Below the pieces are notes generated by a model. It was not told where the DNA came from. It searched no databases and worked only from the letters and a program-made list of their open reading frames with translations. A stretch of 64,000 bases of DNA from Gammaproteobacteria bacterium (GTDB taxonomy: Bacteria; Pseudomonadota; Gammaproteobacteria; Natronospirales; REEB76), in the NCBI GenBank assembly GCA_036263155.1, contig DATAHN010000130.1, positions 1,649 to 65,648 of the forward strand, read 5' to 3'. Of this stretch, positions 42,168 through 53,290 are shown one piece after another. Numbering within the stretch: the stretch's first letter is position 1; the number at the start of each line of letters is the position of its first letter. Position numbers and translations under genes: made by a program.

Positions 42168-43705
42168 GCGGCGGCCCTCCGGTGCGCGCGCCAGCCCAGG
42201 GCCAGCAGCGCGAGCAGCGTGAGGCCGGCGGCGGGTCCGTTGCCCCAGCGGCTCACCGGCGTGGCGCCGGCCAGGGGCTGTATCTCGCCCTGCAGCACGT
42301 ACACCTGACCGGTGGGCGCGGCGGCGCGCACCCGGCCCCCGTCATCCACGATGGCGGTGATACCGGTGTTGGTGGCGCGTAGCAGCCAGCGGCCGGTCTC
42401 GATGGCACGCATGCGCGCGATCTCGAGGTGCTGCGGCAGGGCGATGGAATCGCCGAACCAGCCGTCGTTGCTCACGTTCACGAGGAAGGCCGCCTCCGGG
42501 AGGGCCCGCATTATCTCATCGCCGTAGGCATCCTCGTAGCAGATGGAGGTGCCGACCGGATAGCCCGCCGCCACCAACAGCTTCTGCCGCGCGGCCCCCG
42601 GGCTGAAGCTCGAGTACGGCAGGTCCATATCCCGCAGCAGCGACTTCACCCAGCGCGGCAGGAACTCGAAGTCCTCGCCGAAAGGCACCAGGTGACGCTT
42701 GTTGTAGGTCCCATCGCTCTGTCCCAGGCTGATGACGCTGTTGTAGTAGTTCTCGCCATCATAGGTCGGCACGCCCAGCAGGATGTCGGTGCCGTGTCCG
42801 CGGGCATCAGCCTCCAGCGGATCGAGGAAATTGAACTGCACCTCGTCCTGGTAAGCCGGCACCGCCGCCTCCGGCCAGACGATGAGGCCGCGGCCCCAGT
42901 TCGCGTCGGTGAGGTGGCGGTAGAGTTTCAGGGTCGGAATGAACGCCGCCGGCTCCCATTTCTGGTCCTGGGGCACGTCACCCTGGATCAGGCTCACACT
43001 GAGGGACGGCCCAGCGGGATGGGTCCAGCGCAGCTGCCCCAAGCCCCACCCTGCGGACCAGAGCACGGCGAGCGCGGCGACAGGCCAGGCGGCGCGCCGC
43101 CAACGGCCCGCCTGCAATGCGGCCAGGAGCAGCCCCGCGCTCAGCACCACCGCGAAGCTCACGCCGAAGCCGCCGAGGTAGGGTGCGTAACCCGCGAGGG
43201 CCGAGTCCACCTGGCTGTAGCCCAGGGTGAGCCAGGGGAAGCCCGAGAGGAACCAGCCGCGCAGCCACTCGAGGAAGGTCCAGGCTGCCGGCAACAACAG
43301 CCACAGGCGCAGCGGGCCGGCGGGCGCCCAGGCCGCGGCGAGCGCGCAAGCGCCGGCGGAGTACAGCGCCATGATTGCCACCAGCGCCAGCAGCATGAAC
43401 GCGGCGGCCAGCGGCGGCACCCCGCCCATGCCGTGCAGGCTGATGTAGAGCCAGTACACGCCGAACAGGAACTCGCCGGCGCCGAACAGGAAGCCGCGCC
43501 AGGCGGCGCGGCGCCAGCCCAGCGGCGCGATGAGCCAGGCCAAGCCCGCGAGCGCGAGCACCGCGAGCGGATAGCAGCCGAAGGGAGCGAAAGCGAACAC
43601 CGCGAGCACGCCCAGGACCGCGGCAGCGCTATCCCCTGCCCTCCCGGCACGCCACTCCAGCGCCCGCGTGGAGATGCGGTGCAGGATGGCGGCCACCGGG
43701 CTCAT
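42164..43705 (-). CDS. lnt: apolipoprotein N-acyltransferase
   Basis: 513 aa with N-terminal TM helices and a C-terminal nitrilase-like domain (ICYEDAYGDE). It shows the conserved corC-lnt order. Confidence 0.9.
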
Positions 43706-44574
43706 GCCTCGCTTTCGGCGGCCGGCGGCCTGCGCAGGGCTTCCAGGAGGTGCAGGCGCCGGCTGTCGGCGCGCAGGACCTTGAAGCGGAACCCGCCGAG
43801 CTCGATGCGCTCGCCGCGCTTCGGCAGGTGGCCGAAGGCGTGGGTGACGAGGCCGCCGACGGTCTCGAACTCGTCGTCGCTCAGTGTGGTGCCGAAGTAC
43901 TCGTTGAAGTCCTCCACCGGCGTCACCGCCTTGACGGTGTAGCGAGTGTCGGTGTGCTTGAGGATGCGCTGCTCGTCGTCCACGTCGTACTCGTCGTCGA
44001 TGTCGCCGACGATCTGCTCCAGCACGTCCTCGATGGTGACGAGCCCGGCCACGCCGCCGTACTCGTCCGCCACGATGGCCATGTGGTTGCGGCTGGCGCG
44101 GAACTTCTTGAGCAGGATGTTGAGGCGCATGCTCTCCGGCACGAACGGCGCCGGACGCAGGTACTCGCGGATGTTGAAGGGGGCGTCGTCGCCCTCGACG
44201 AAGTGGTTGAGCAGGTCCTTGGCCAGCACGATGCCGGTGACCTGGTCCCGGTCCTCGCCCACCACCGGGAAGCGGGAGTGGCCGGACTCGCTCAGCACCG
44301 CCAGGGCCTGGCTGAGGTCCATGTCCTTCTCCAGGGCCACCATCTGGGCGCGCGGGATCATCACGTCGCGCACCTGCATGTCCGCCACCTGCAATACGCC
44401 CTCCAGCATGGTCTGGGCGTCGGCGTCGAACAGGTTGCGTTCGCGCGCGTCGTTGAGGAGTTCCAGCAGCTCTTCGCGGTCGCGTGGCTCGCCTGTGAGG
44501 GCCTGCCCCAGGCGCTGGAACCAGGCGCGCAGGCCGGGGCTGCCGCTGCGCTGCGGGTCTTCGTCGGTCATCAA
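43702..44574 (-). CDS. corC: CorC/HlyC-family CBS-domain magnesium/cobalt efflux protein
   Basis: 290 aa with a CBS pair and a CorC_HlyC C-terminal domain. It occupies the ybeX position after ybeY. Confidence 0.88.
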   Translation of the reverse strand: MMTDEDPQRSGSPGLRAWFQRLGQALTGEPRDREELLELLNDARERNLFDADAQTMLEGVLQVADMQVRDVMIPRAQMVALEKDMDLSQALAVLSESGHSRFPVVGEDRDQVTGIVLAKDLLNHFVEGDDAPFNIREYLRPAPFVPESMRLNILLKKFRASRNHMAIVADEYGGVAGLVTIEDVLEQIVGDIDDEYDVDDEQRILKHTDTRYTVKAVTPVEDFNEYFGTTLSDDEFETVGGLVTHAFGHLPKRGERIELGGFRFKVLRADSRRLHLLEALRRPPAAESEA

Positions 44575-44602
44575 TGGGCCGTCGGGAGCAGGTCGGAAGC
44601 GA

Positions 44603-44611
44603 ATTTTACCA
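44603..44611 (-). promoter_or_regulatory. candidate extended -10 promoter (TGGTAAAAT on the minus strand) upstream of corC
   Basis: The reverse complement of 44603-44611 reads TGGTAAAAT. It lies in the 60-nt ybeY-corC gap, about 29 nt upstream of the corC ATG. Confidence 0.3.
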
Positions 44612-44634
44612 GCAAAATCGCGGGGTTCGGTGCC

Positions 44635-45099
44635 TCAGCGGGGTGCATAGGGGTCAGGATATCCGAGACCAGCCAGGATGGCCGTCTCTAGAGGCTCCAT
44701 CTCGGCCGCCTGGCGCTCATCCACGTGGTCATAGCCCAAAAGGTGCAGGCAGCCGTGCACCACCATGTGGGCCCAGTGGGCCTCCGCCGCCTTGCCCTGG
44801 GCTGCCGCCTCCCGTGCCACCACAGGCGCGCAGATGACCAGATCCCCGAGCGCCGCCACCGGCACGCCGGGTGGCAGCTCAGCCGGGAACGACAGCACAT
44901 TGGTGGGACCGGCCTTGTGACGGTAGGTATCGTTGAGCTCAGCGCTCTCCGCCTCGCCGACGACGCGGATGGAGAGCTCTGCCTCAGCGCGTCGCCCTGT
45001 GAGAGCTGCTTCTGCCCAGCGCGCGAGGGCCGCCGCATCAGGCACGCCGCCTGCGCCGCTCACGTCCTCCACATCCACCTGGATGCCGGCGCCGCTCAT
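44635..45099 (-). CDS. ybeY: rRNA maturation endoribonuclease YbeY
   Basis: 154 aa with the [11 protein letters not shown] zinc motif. Confidence 0.93.
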   Translation of the reverse strand: MSGAGIQVDVEDVSGAGGVPDAAALARWAEAALTGRRAEAELSIRVVGEAESAELNDTYRHKAGPTNVLSFPAELPPGVPVAALGDLVICAPVVAREAAAQGKAAEAHWAHMVVHGCLHLLGYDHVDERQAAEMEPLETAILAGLGYPDPYAPR

Positions 45100-46076
45100 T
45101 CCTTGTCGCGCTGCTCGTAGGCAGTGACGATGCGCTGCACCAGCGGGTGACGCACCACATCGGCGGCGGTGAAGAAGGTGAAGCTCACGCCGGGCATGTC
45201 GCGCAAGAGCTCCACCACGTCGCGTAGGCCCGAGCGCTGGACTCGCGGCAGGTCCACCTGGGTGATGTCGCCCGTCACCACCGTGCGCGAGCCGAAACCG
45301 ATGCGCGTGAGGAACATCTTCATCTGCTCGATGGTGGTGTTCTGGGCCTCATCCAGGATGATGAAGGCCTCGTTGAGGGTGCGCCCGCGCATGAACGCGA
45401 GAGGTGCCACCTCGATGACGCTGCGCTCCATGAGGCGCGTGACCCGCTCGAAACCCAGCATCTCGTAGAGCGCGTCGTAGATGGGGCGAAGATAGGGATC
45501 CACCTTCTGGGTGAGATCGCCGGGCAGAAAACCCAGGCGCTCGCCCGCCTCCACCGCGGGGCGCACCAGCACCAGGCGCCGCACTTCGTCCCGGTTCAGG
45601 GCCGCCACCGCACTCGCCACCGCGAGGTAGGTCTTGCCGGTGCCGGCCGGTCCGATGCCGAAGTTGAGGTCGTGGCCCGCGATGTTGTGCAGGTAGCGGC
45701 GCTGGTTCGCGCCGCGGCCGCGGATGCGGCCCTGCTTGGTGTCGAGAGCGGGCTCGTCACCATCGGCTTCCGTGGACGCGGGCCGCCTGTCCGCCAGGGC
45801 CGACTGGGACAGGCTCATGTGCACGGTCTCACGGCTGATGCGTTCCTTCGCGGTGGCCGCATACAGCTCCTTCAGCACCCGCTCCGCCGCCTGCACCATG
45901 TCCGGCGGGCCGATGATCCGGAACTGGGCGCCGCGGTTGTTGATCTCGATGCCGAGGCGCTGCTCAAGGTGGCGCAGGTGCTCGTCGAACTGGCCGCAGA
46001 GGTTCGCGAGACGCGCGTTGTCGGCCGGCTCCAGGATGAAGTCGGCGGTGGCGGGGGTGTCTTCTGTCGTAGCCAT
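45096..46076 (-). CDS. ybeZ: PhoH-like ATPase (YbeZ)
   Basis: Trimmed to the ATG at 46076 to avoid overlapping miaB. Has the Walker A motif GPAGTGKT, in the conserved miaB-ybeZ-ybeY order. Confidence 0.88.
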   Translation of the reverse strand: MATTEDTPATADFILEPADNARLANLCGQFDEHLRHLEQRLGIEINNRGAQFRIIGPPDMVQAAERVLKELYAATAKERISRETVHMSLSQSALADRRPASTEADGDEPALDTKQGRIRGRGANQRRYLHNIAGHDLNFGIGPAGTGKTYLAVASAVAALNRDEVRRLVLVRPAVEAGERLGFLPGDLTQKVDPYLRPIYDALYEMLGFERVTRLMERSVIEVAPLAFMRGRTLNEAFIILDEAQNTTIEQMKMFLTRIGFGSRTVVTGDITQVDLPRVQRSGLRDVVELLRDMPGVSFTFFTAADVVRHPLVQRIVTAYEQRDKE

Positions 46077-46077
46077 A

Positions 46078-47439
46078 TCAACCGGCGGCACGGCGCGCCG
46101 CAAAGGGCGCCGCGGCCCCGGTGGCAGCCAATCGGCCACGGTAGGAGTTCTGCATGGCCTGGGTGATGTCCACCTCCGCGAAGCAGCCGATGAGGCGCGC
46201 GTCGCCCGGGAAGTTCACCCAGCGGTTGCACTCGGTCTTGCCGGCCACCTCCCGCGGGTCGCGCTCGGCATGCTTCTCCACCAGCACCCGCTGGCGGGTG
46301 CCGACCCGGGCCTGCATGTAGTCCTGGCCGAAGGCGTGCACCCGCGCCTGCAGGAGCTCCAGGCGCCGCACCTTCTCGTCATGAGGCACGTCGTCCTCGT
46401 AGCCGGCAGCCGGCGTGCCGGGGCGGCGGCTGTAGATGAAACTGAAGGCCTGGTCGAAGCGCACGTCCTCGATCAGCTTCATGGTGTCATGGAAGTCCCG
46501 CTCGCTCTCGCCGGGGAAGCCGACGATGAAGTCGGAGGACAGGCTGATGTCCGGGCGCGCCTCACGCAGCCTGCGGATCTTGGCCCTGTACTCGAGGGTG
46601 GTGTGGCCGCGCTTCATGGCGGCAAGGATGCGGTCCGAGCCGCTCTGCACCGGCAAGTGCAGGTAGCCCGCGAGCTTGGGGATGTCCGCATAGGCGCGGA
46701 TCAACCGCTCGGAGAACTCCAGCGGATGGGAGGTGGTGAAGCGGATGCGCTCCACCGCGTCCAGCGCGGCGATGTATTCCACGAGCAGCGCGAGGTCAGC
46801 CGTGCCGCCGCCGTGCATGGCGCCCCGATAACCGTTCACGTTCTGGCCCAGCAGCGTGATCTCCTTCACGCCCTGGTCCGCGAGCTCGGATACCTCCGCC
46901 AGCACATCATCAAATGGCCGGCTCACTTCCTCGCCGCGGGTGTAGGGCACCACGCAGAAGGTGCAGTACTTGCTGCAACCCTCCATGATGGAGACGAAGG
47001 CGGTGGCGCCCTCGGCGCGGGGCGACGGGAGCCGGTCGAACTTCTCGATCTCGGGGAAGGACACGTCCACCACCGGCCGCTGGGTGCGGCGCGTCTCCTC
47101 CAGCATCGCCGGCAGGCGGTGCAGGGTCTGGGGACCGAACACCAGGTCCACGAACGGCGCGCGCTTCACGATGCCGCCGCCCTCCTGGCTCGCTACACAG
47201 CCCCCCACGCCGATGACCACACCGGGCCTGGCCTTGTGGTGTTTCCACAGCCCGAGCTGGGTGAACACCTTCTCCTGGGCCTTCTCGCGCACGGAGCAGG
47301 TGTTGAGCAAGAGCACGTCCGCCTCGGCCGGATCCTCGGTGAGGCTGAAGCCCTCGGCCGCCGCCAGCACCTCGAGCATCTTGCCCGAGTCGTACTCGTT
47401 CATCTGGCAGCCGAAGGTCTTGATGTGGACTCGGGCCAT
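46078..47439 (-). CDS. miaB: tRNA-2-methylthio-N6-dimethylallyladenosine synthase
   Basis: 453 aa. Has an N-terminal MTTase domain ([14 protein letters not shown]), the radical SAM motif CSKYCTFC, and a TRAM domain. Confidence 0.93.
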   Translation of the reverse strand: MARVHIKTFGCQMNEYDSGKMLEVLAAAEGFSLTEDPAEADVLLLNTCSVREKAQEKVFTQLGLWKHHKARPGVVIGVGGCVASQEGGGIVKRAPFVDLVFGPQTLHRLPAMLEETRRTQRPVVDVSFPEIEKFDRLPSPRAEGATAFVSIMEGCSKYCTFCVVPYTRGEEVSRPFDDVLAEVSELADQGVKEITLLGQNVNGYRGAMHGGGTADLALLVEYIAALDAVERIRFTTSHPLEFSERLIRAYADIPKLAGYLHLPVQSGSDRILAAMKRGHTTLEYRAKIRRLREARPDISLSSDFIVGFPGESERDFHDTMKLIEDVRFDQAFSFIYSRRPGTPAAGYEDDVPHDEKVRRLELLQARVHAFGQDYMQARVGTRQRVLVEKHAERDPREVAGKTECNRWVNFPGDARLIGCFAEVDITQAMQNSYRGRLAATGAAAPFAARRAAG

Positions 47440-47440
47440 G

Positions 47441-48874
47441 TCAGCGGCCGTAGATGTCGTCGAAACGCACGATGTCGTCCTCGCCCAGGTACGAGCCCGT
47501 CTGCACCTCGATGATGGCGAGGTCGGTATCGCCGGGGTTGCTGAGGCGGTGCTTGTGCCCGGCCGGGATGTAGGTGGACTGGTCGTGCTCGAGCCTGAAG
47601 GTCTTGTCGCCGTTCACGATCTCGGCCACGCCCTCGATCACCACCCAATGTTCGCTGCGGTGCTCGTGCATCTGCAGCGACAATGAAGCGCGCGGCTTCA
47701 CTACGATGCGCTTCATCTTGTAGTGCCGCCCCTCCTCCAGCACCGTGTAGGTGCCCCAGGGCCGGTGCACGGTGCGGTGCAGCCTGGCGGACTCGTGGCC
47801 GTCCTGCTTGAGCTTGTCCACCACTTGCTTCACGTCCTGGGTGCGGTCGCGGTGCGCGATGAGCACCGCGTCCGGCGTATCCACCACGATGAGGCCTTCC
47901 ACGCCCACCGCGGCGACCAGCCGGTCCCCGCCCTGCACGTAGTTGTCGCGGGAATCCACCAGGATGGCCTGGCCCACCACCCGGTTGCCCTGGGCATCGG
48001 GGGCGGTGAGCTCGCTGACGGAGCGCCAGGAACCGATGTCGCTCCACCCGATGGCGCTCGGTACCACCTTCACGTTGTCGGCCTTCTCCATCACCGCATA
48101 GTCGATGGAGATGGCCGGCGTCTGGGGGAACAGCTCGGATTCGATCTGCACCGCGCGCGGGTCCTTGGCGGCGGCGGCGCTGCGCTTCCAGGATTCCTGG
48201 GTCTTGGCATAGATGTCCGGGGCGTAGCGCTGGATGGCGGCGAGGATGCCGTCCGCCCGGAAGCAGAACATGCCGGAGTTCCAGAGGTAATCGCCGGAGG
48301 CCAGGAACGACTTGGCCCGCTCCAGGTCCGGCTTCTCCACGAAGCGCTTCACCGCGCCCGCCGCGCCCTGCTTCCAGGCGCCGGAGGACTGGATGTAGCC
48401 GTAACCTGTCTCGGGCGCCGTGGGCACGATGCCGAAGGTGACGAAGCTGCCCTTCTCCGCTTCAGGTGCGGCGACCGCGACGGCTTTCAGGAAGGCGTCG
48501 CGGTCTTCCACGAGATGGTCTGCCGGCAGCACCAAGAGCAGCGTGCCGCCGCCGTGGCGTTCCGCCGCCATGAACGCCGCCATGGCGATGGCGGCAGTAG
48601 TGTTGCGGCCGACCGGCTCCAGCAGGAAGGAGACCTTGGCGCCGTTCAGCGCCGCCTGCATGCCCTCGAGTTGCTCCTGGCTCTGGAAATGGTGGTCGCG
48701 GTTCGTGACGATGATGACGTCGCTCACGCCCGGCAGCGCAGCGGAGCGCGCCAGCGTGCTCTGCAGCAACGTCATGCCGCCCTGCACCTGCATGAAGGGC
48801 TTGGGGCGCGTCTCGCGCGACACCGGCCAGAGCCTCGTGCCGGCGCCGCCGGAGATGATGACAGGCAGGATCAT
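47441..48874 (-). CDS. manC: mannose-1-phosphate guanylyltransferase / mannose-6-phosphate isomerase
   Basis: 477 aa with an N-terminal [12 protein letters not shown] nucleotidyltransferase motif and a C-terminal cupin isomerase domain ([11 protein letters not shown]). Confidence 0.9.
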   Translation of the reverse strand: MILPVIISGGAGTRLWPVSRETRPKPFMQVQGGMTLLQSTLARSAALPGVSDVIIVTNRDHHFQSQEQLEGMQAALNGAKVSFLLEPVGRNTTAAIAMAAFMAAERHGGGTLLLVLPADHLVEDRDAFLKAVAVAAPEAEKGSFVTFGIVPTAPETGYGYIQSSGAWKQGAAGAVKRFVEKPDLERAKSFLASGDYLWNSGMFCFRADGILAAIQRYAPDIYAKTQESWKRSAAAAKDPRAVQIESELFPQTPAISIDYAVMEKADNVKVVPSAIGWSDIGSWRSVSELTAPDAQGNRVVGQAILVDSRDNYVQGGDRLVAAVGVEGLIVVDTPDAVLIAHRDRTQDVKQVVDKLKQDGHESARLHRTVHRPWGTYTVLEEGRHYKMKRIVVKPRASLSLQMHEHRSEHWVVIEGVAEIVNGDKTFRLEHDQSTYIPAGHKHRLSNPGDTDLAIIEVQTGSYLGEDDIVRFDDIYGR

Positions 48875-50274
48875 GCGTGGGCCCTGGCCGCGGGAGCGCC
48901 CATCTTATCAATGAACGCCAGGAGCTCATCGGTGCGGGCCCGCATCAGCGCCGCGTCGCGGCGGGCCTCCACGTTGAGCCGCAGGACCGGCTCGGTGTTG
49001 GACTTGCGCAGGTTGAAGCGCCAATCCTTGTATTCCAGGCTGAGGCCGTCAACCTGGTCCATGTGGGTCGCTGCAGGCTGGTACTTGGCCTCCACCGCCG
49101 CGATCACCCCATCCGGATCCGCCACCACCCGGTTGATCTCGCCGCTCACGGGGAATGCAGCCTGCTGCGACTCGACGAGCTGCTTCAGGCTCTGGCCGGT
49201 GCGGCTCACCAGCTCCGCCACCAGGAGCCAGGGAATCATGCCGCTGTCGCAGTAGCGGAAGTCGCGGAAATAGTGGTGTGCGCTCATCTCGCCGCCGTAG
49301 AGCGCGTCCTCGCGGCGCATGCGTTCCTTGATGAAGGCGTGCCCGGTCTTGCTCAACACTGGCAGGCCCCCGGCGGCCTTCACCGTCTCGATGGTGCCCC
49401 AGGTGAGGCGCGGGTCATGGACGATCTTCGCGCCCGGGTGGCTCGCCAGCAGCGTGCGCGCCAGGAGGCCAACCAGGTAGTAGCCTTCCACGAAGCCGCC
49501 GTCGCCGTCGAAGAAGAAGCAGCGGTCGAAGTCCCCGTCCCAGGCGATACCCATGTCGGCCTTGTGCGCGCGCACCGCCTCGGCGGTGACGTCGCGGTTC
49601 TCCGGCAGCAGGGGGTTGGGGATGCCGTTGGGGAAGTGCCCGTCGGGCTCATGCTGCAACTTCACGAACTTGAACGGCAGCTCGGGCTCCATCACGTCGA
49701 TGACAGGTCCCGCGCAGCCGTTGCCCGCATTGGTGACGATGGTTAGGGGCTTGAGTGCGCCCACGTCCACGTATTCCAGCAGGTGGCGCACGTAGTCGCG
49801 CTTGAGGTCCAGCGCCTTGCAGCGGCCGCGCTTGTGGGGCGTCTTCCATTCGGGCCGCGCCGCCACCCGTGCCTTGATCTCGAACAGGCCGCTGTCGCCG
49901 CTCACCGGGCGCGAGTCCTCACGCACCAGCTTCATGCCGTTGTAGCCCTGCGGGTTATGGCTGGCGGTGACCATGATGCCGCCGCCCAGGTTGCGGCTGA
50001 AGGTGGCGTGGTATACCTGCTCGGTGCCGCACAGGCCGATGTCGAGCACGTCGGCACCGGCGTCCTGCACGCCGCGCGCCACGGCGGCGGCGAGCTCGGG
50101 GCTGGAGAGGCGCACGTCACGGCCCACCGCCACGCGCTTCGGGCCCGTGAGCTCCACGAAGGCGCGGCCGATGGCATAGGCGATGTCCGCGTCCAGTTCC
50201 TCGGGGACGCGGCCGCGGATGTCGTAGGCCTTGAAGGCGGCGCCCAGGCGGGCGGCCAGGTCGGTGGCTGTCAT
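48871..50274 (-). CDS. manB: phosphomannomutase/phosphoglucomutase
   Basis: 467 aa with the active-site loop TASHNP and the metal loop DGDFDR. It overlaps the manC start. Confidence 0.9.
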   Translation of the reverse strand: MTATDLAARLGAAFKAYDIRGRVPEELDADIAYAIGRAFVELTGPKRVAVGRDVRLSSPELAAAVARGVQDAGADVLDIGLCGTEQVYHATFSRNLGGGIMVTASHNPQGYNGMKLVREDSRPVSGDSGLFEIKARVAARPEWKTPHKRGRCKALDLKRDYVRHLLEYVDVGALKPLTIVTNAGNGCAGPVIDVMEPELPFKFVKLQHEPDGHFPNGIPNPLLPENRDVTAEAVRAHKADMGIAWDGDFDRCFFFDGDGGFVEGYYLVGLLARTLLASHPGAKIVHDPRLTWGTIETVKAAGGLPVLSKTGHAFIKERMRREDALYGGEMSAHHYFRDFRYCDSGMIPWLLVAELVSRTGQSLKQLVESQQAAFPVSGEINRVVADPDGVIAAVEAKYQPAATHMDQVDGLSLEYKDWRFNLRKSNTEPVLRLNVEARRDAALMRARTDELLAFIDKMGAPAARAHA

Positions 50275-50331
50275 ATATAGAGGGGCCGGGCCCGCGACAG
50301 GACCGGCGGCGGCGTTGCTTATGGAAGGCGG

Positions 50332-50337
50332 ATTATA
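50332..50337 (-). promoter_or_regulatory. candidate -10 element (perfect TATAAT on the minus strand) upstream of manB
   Basis: The reverse complement of 50332-50337 is TATAAT. It lies in the 81-nt gap after the wbpM-like gene, and I saw no good -35. Confidence 0.3.
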
Positions 50338-50355
50338 GACCGTGGGGCGCGGGGC

Positions 50356-52248
50356 TCACGACTTTACCAGGCGCAGGGCGACGCGGCCCGGGCCCTGTTC
50401 CCCGCTCTCGGCCTGGGGCGTGAACTCAGGCACCAGCGCGCGCAGCTGCGCCTTGGCCCGCTCCGGGTCCGCCGCCACCGCCTGCAGGCTGTCGATGCCG
50501 GCATTCAGCACGTCGAGTTGGGCCGGCACCGCGTTGGCCAGCAGCAGCTTGGGATGGGTGGTGCCCTTGAGCTCCTCGCGGGTGTAGAAGAGCTCCTCGT
50601 GCATCTTCTCGCCGGGCCGCAGGCCCGTGTACACGATCTGGATGTCCTGGTGGGGCCTGAGGCCCGAGAGCTGGATCAGCTTCTCGGCCAGGTCGCGGAT
50701 GCGCACCGGCTCGCCCATGTCCAGCACGAAGATCTCGCCGCCGCGGCCGATGGCGCCGGCCTGCATGATGAGGCTGGCGGCCTCGTGGATGGTCATGAAG
50801 TAGCGGGTGATGTCCGGGTCGGTGACGGTGACCGGGCCGCCGGCGGCGATCTGCCGCTCGAACAGCGGCACTACCGAGCCGTTGGAGGCCAATACGTTGC
50901 CGAACCGGGTGGTGACGAAGTGGGTGCCGGCGTCGCGGTTAAGCGCCTGGCAGTAGAGCTCGGCCACGCGCTTGGTGGTGCCCATCACGTTGGTGGGGTT
51001 CACCGTCTTGTCGGTGGAGATCAGCACGAACTTGTCCACGCCATGGCGTAGCGCCGCGTCGGCGATGACGCGGGTACCGAAGATGTTGTTGCGGATGCCC
51101 TCTGCGACGTTCTCCTCCACGATCGGCACGTGCTTGTAGGCGGCGGCGTGGAAGATGATCTCGGGCTTGACCTGGGCGAACAGCGTCTCCACCGCGGTCT
51201 CGTCCTGGATGTTGCCGAGCGCGCTGGTGAACACCAGCGAGGGCGCGGTGGCGGCCAGCTCCTGGTCGATGCTGTAGAGGTTGTACTCGCTGTTGTCCAT
51301 CACCACCAGGAGCGCCGGGTCATGGCGGCTGATCTGGCGGCACAGCTCGGCGCCGATGGAGCCGCCGCCGCCCGTCACCAGCACGCGCTTGCCGCGCAGG
51401 AAGTCTGAAATGGCGCGCGAGTCCAGCACCACGGGGTCGCGACCCAAGAGGTCCTCGACCGTGACGGGGCGGAGGCGCGAGACCTCGACACGGCCGTCGG
51501 CCAGTTCCGTGAGGGAGGGCAGCGTGCGACAGGGCACATGCACCTCGTTGCACATCTGCACCACCCGGTCCATGGTCTTGCGCGAGGCCGCGGGCATGGC
51601 GATGAGCACGATGTTCGCGTCGTAGGCGCGCACCAGGCGAGCGATGTCGTCGAGGCGGCCGCGCACCCGCACGCCCTGCACCTCGTGGCCCTGCTTCTCG
51701 GCGGCGTCATCCACCAGCGCCACCGGCAGGAACGGCCCATGGCGACGCAGGTCGCGGATCAGGAGCTCGCCGGCGCGGCCGGCACCGACGATGATGGCGC
51801 GCGCGGTGCTCTCGTCGCCGAAGGTCATCCAGCGGTCCTTGAGCACGCGGTACAGCATGCGGCTGCTGCCGAGGCCGATCGCGAGCAGGATCGGGTACAG
51901 CAGCAGCACCGAGCGCGGCACGCCCTGCAGGCGGCCGAACAGGAATGCCGCCAGCACGGTGGCGAGCGCGCCCAGCACCGTAGCCTTGAGGATGCGCATC
52001 AGGTCTGGGATCGAGGCGTAGCGCCAGATGCCGCGGTAGCAGCCGAACATCCACAGCGTGAGCGCGTGGGCCGGCAGCGCCATGCAGGTGATGAGCAGCA
52101 TGCCGCCGAAATAGATGTGCGGGATCGGGGTGAGGTTGAAGCGCACCCAGTAGGCGAGCAGTACGGCGACCGGGATCCACAGCAGATCGTGGAGGAACAC
52201 GGTCCACCGGCTGCGCAACAGCAACCACCCGTCTCGTCTAGAGCCCAT
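50356..52248 (-). CDS. membrane-anchored nucleotide-sugar 4,6-dehydratase (CapD/WbpM/PglF-like)
   Basis: 630 aa with N-terminal TM helices and two Rossmann regions (VTGGGGSIG). It follows the WbpM-type architecture. Confidence 0.85.
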   Translation of the reverse strand: MGSRRDGWLLLRSRWTVFLHDLLWIPVAVLLAYWVRFNLTPIPHIYFGGMLLITCMALPAHALTLWMFGCYRGIWRYASIPDLMRILKATVLGALATVLAAFLFGRLQGVPRSVLLLYPILLAIGLGSSRMLYRVLKDRWMTFGDESTARAIIVGAGRAGELLIRDLRRHGPFLPVALVDDAAEKQGHEVQGVRVRGRLDDIARLVRAYDANIVLIAMPAASRKTMDRVVQMCNEVHVPCRTLPSLTELADGRVEVSRLRPVTVEDLLGRDPVVLDSRAISDFLRGKRVLVTGGGGSIGAELCRQISRHDPALLVVMDNSEYNLYSIDQELAATAPSLVFTSALGNIQDETAVETLFAQVKPEIIFHAAAYKHVPIVEENVAEGIRNNIFGTRVIADAALRHGVDKFVLISTDKTVNPTNVMGTTKRVAELYCQALNRDAGTHFVTTRFGNVLASNGSVVPLFERQIAAGGPVTVTDPDITRYFMTIHEAASLIMQAGAIGRGGEIFVLDMGEPVRIRDLAEKLIQLSGLRPHQDIQIVYTGLRPGEKMHEELFYTREELKGTTHPKLLLANAVPAQLDVLNAGIDSLQAVAADPERAKAQLRALVPEFTPQAESGEQGPGRVALRLVKS

Positions 52249-52264
52249 CTGAATCCGTTCCTCT

Positions 52265-53290
52265 TTAAGTCGGCGCGCGTCGGCGCTCGAGCACGTTCAC
52301 GTACGCGACGAGCACCAGGTAGACCGCCGCCGCCCACCCCAGCAGGAGTCCCTGAACTCCTGTTTCAGTGAAACAAAAGCCAGCCACGGCTAGCAAGCTA
52401 CATTTTAACATAAGCCCGTATTCCCAGAGTACCACCCTGCGGTGACTCCAGCCCAACCCCACCAAGCGCTGATAGAAGTGCCCCCGGTGGGCCTGCCAGG
52501 GCCGCGAGCCATGCACGGCACGACGTATCACCGTCCAGGTGGCGTCCACCACGAAGGGCGAGAACACCAGCAGTCCCAACCAGAGGGGGAAGAGGCCTTG
52601 CCGTTCCGCCCAAAGAAGGAACAAGGCCACCAGCAGGCCCAGGCTCCCCGAACCTACGTCCCCCATGAACAGGCGGGCCGGCGGGAAGTTGAAGGGCAAG
52701 AAGCCCCCCGCTGCTGCTGCCACCAGCAATGCCACGCAGGTGAACACAGGCGCATGGGCCAAGAAGCCCAAGAGCGCGAACGTTCCGAAGCCGATGACGG
52801 CCATGCCGCCGGCGAAGCCGTCCATCCCGTCCATGAAGTTATACAAGTTGATCAGCCAGACGGTCAGCAGCAGGCTGAACGCCATGAGCACCCCATGGGG
52901 TGCCTGCCATTCCCATCCCGGCAGGAGATGCAGGGATTCGAGCGCATACCCGCCCCAGTCCACCAATCCCAGAGCCGCAAGCACGTGCACCAGGAGACGC
53001 AGCCACACGGGCAGCCGCCAGACATCATCGGCGAAGGAGACGGTCGCCACCATCACCAGCGGCGCCGCCACCCAACCCAGGCCGGGCACATGCAGACCGG
53101 TGGCGAGCAGGCCTGCGGCGAGGCCCGCCAGGATCGCGAGGCCGCCGGAGCGCGGCGTCGCGCCGGAATGGAGCGAGCGTGCATTGGGCAAGTCCAGCAA
53201 CGCGAACCGCCCCCGGTAGCGGCTCAGGAAGCGGGCCAGCGCGGCGCTCGCGACGAACGCAAGGACGATCGAGAGCGCAACACGCGTCAC
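52265..53290 (-). CDS. undecaprenyl-phosphate HexNAc-1-phosphate transferase (WecA/WbpL family, polyprenol-phosphate initiating enzyme)
   Basis: 341 aa and polytopic. Has the NLYNFMDGMDG motif typical of the MraY/WecA family. Confidence 0.85.
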   Translation of the reverse strand: MTRVALSIVLAFVASAALARFLSRYRGRFALLDLPNARSLHSGATPRSGGLAILAGLAAGLLATGLHVPGLGWVAAPLVMVATVSFADDVWRLPVWLRLLVHVLAALGLVDWGGYALESLHLLPGWEWQAPHGVLMAFSLLLTVWLINLYNFMDGMDGFAGGMAVIGFGTFALLGFLAHAPVFTCVALLVAAAAGGFLPFNFPPARLFMGDVGSGSLGLLVALFLLWAERQGLFPLWLGLLVFSPFVVDATWTVIRRAVHGSRPWQAHRGHFYQRLVGLGWSHRRVVLWEYGLMLKCSLLAVAGFCFTETGVQGLLLGWAAAVYLVLVAYVNVLERRRAPT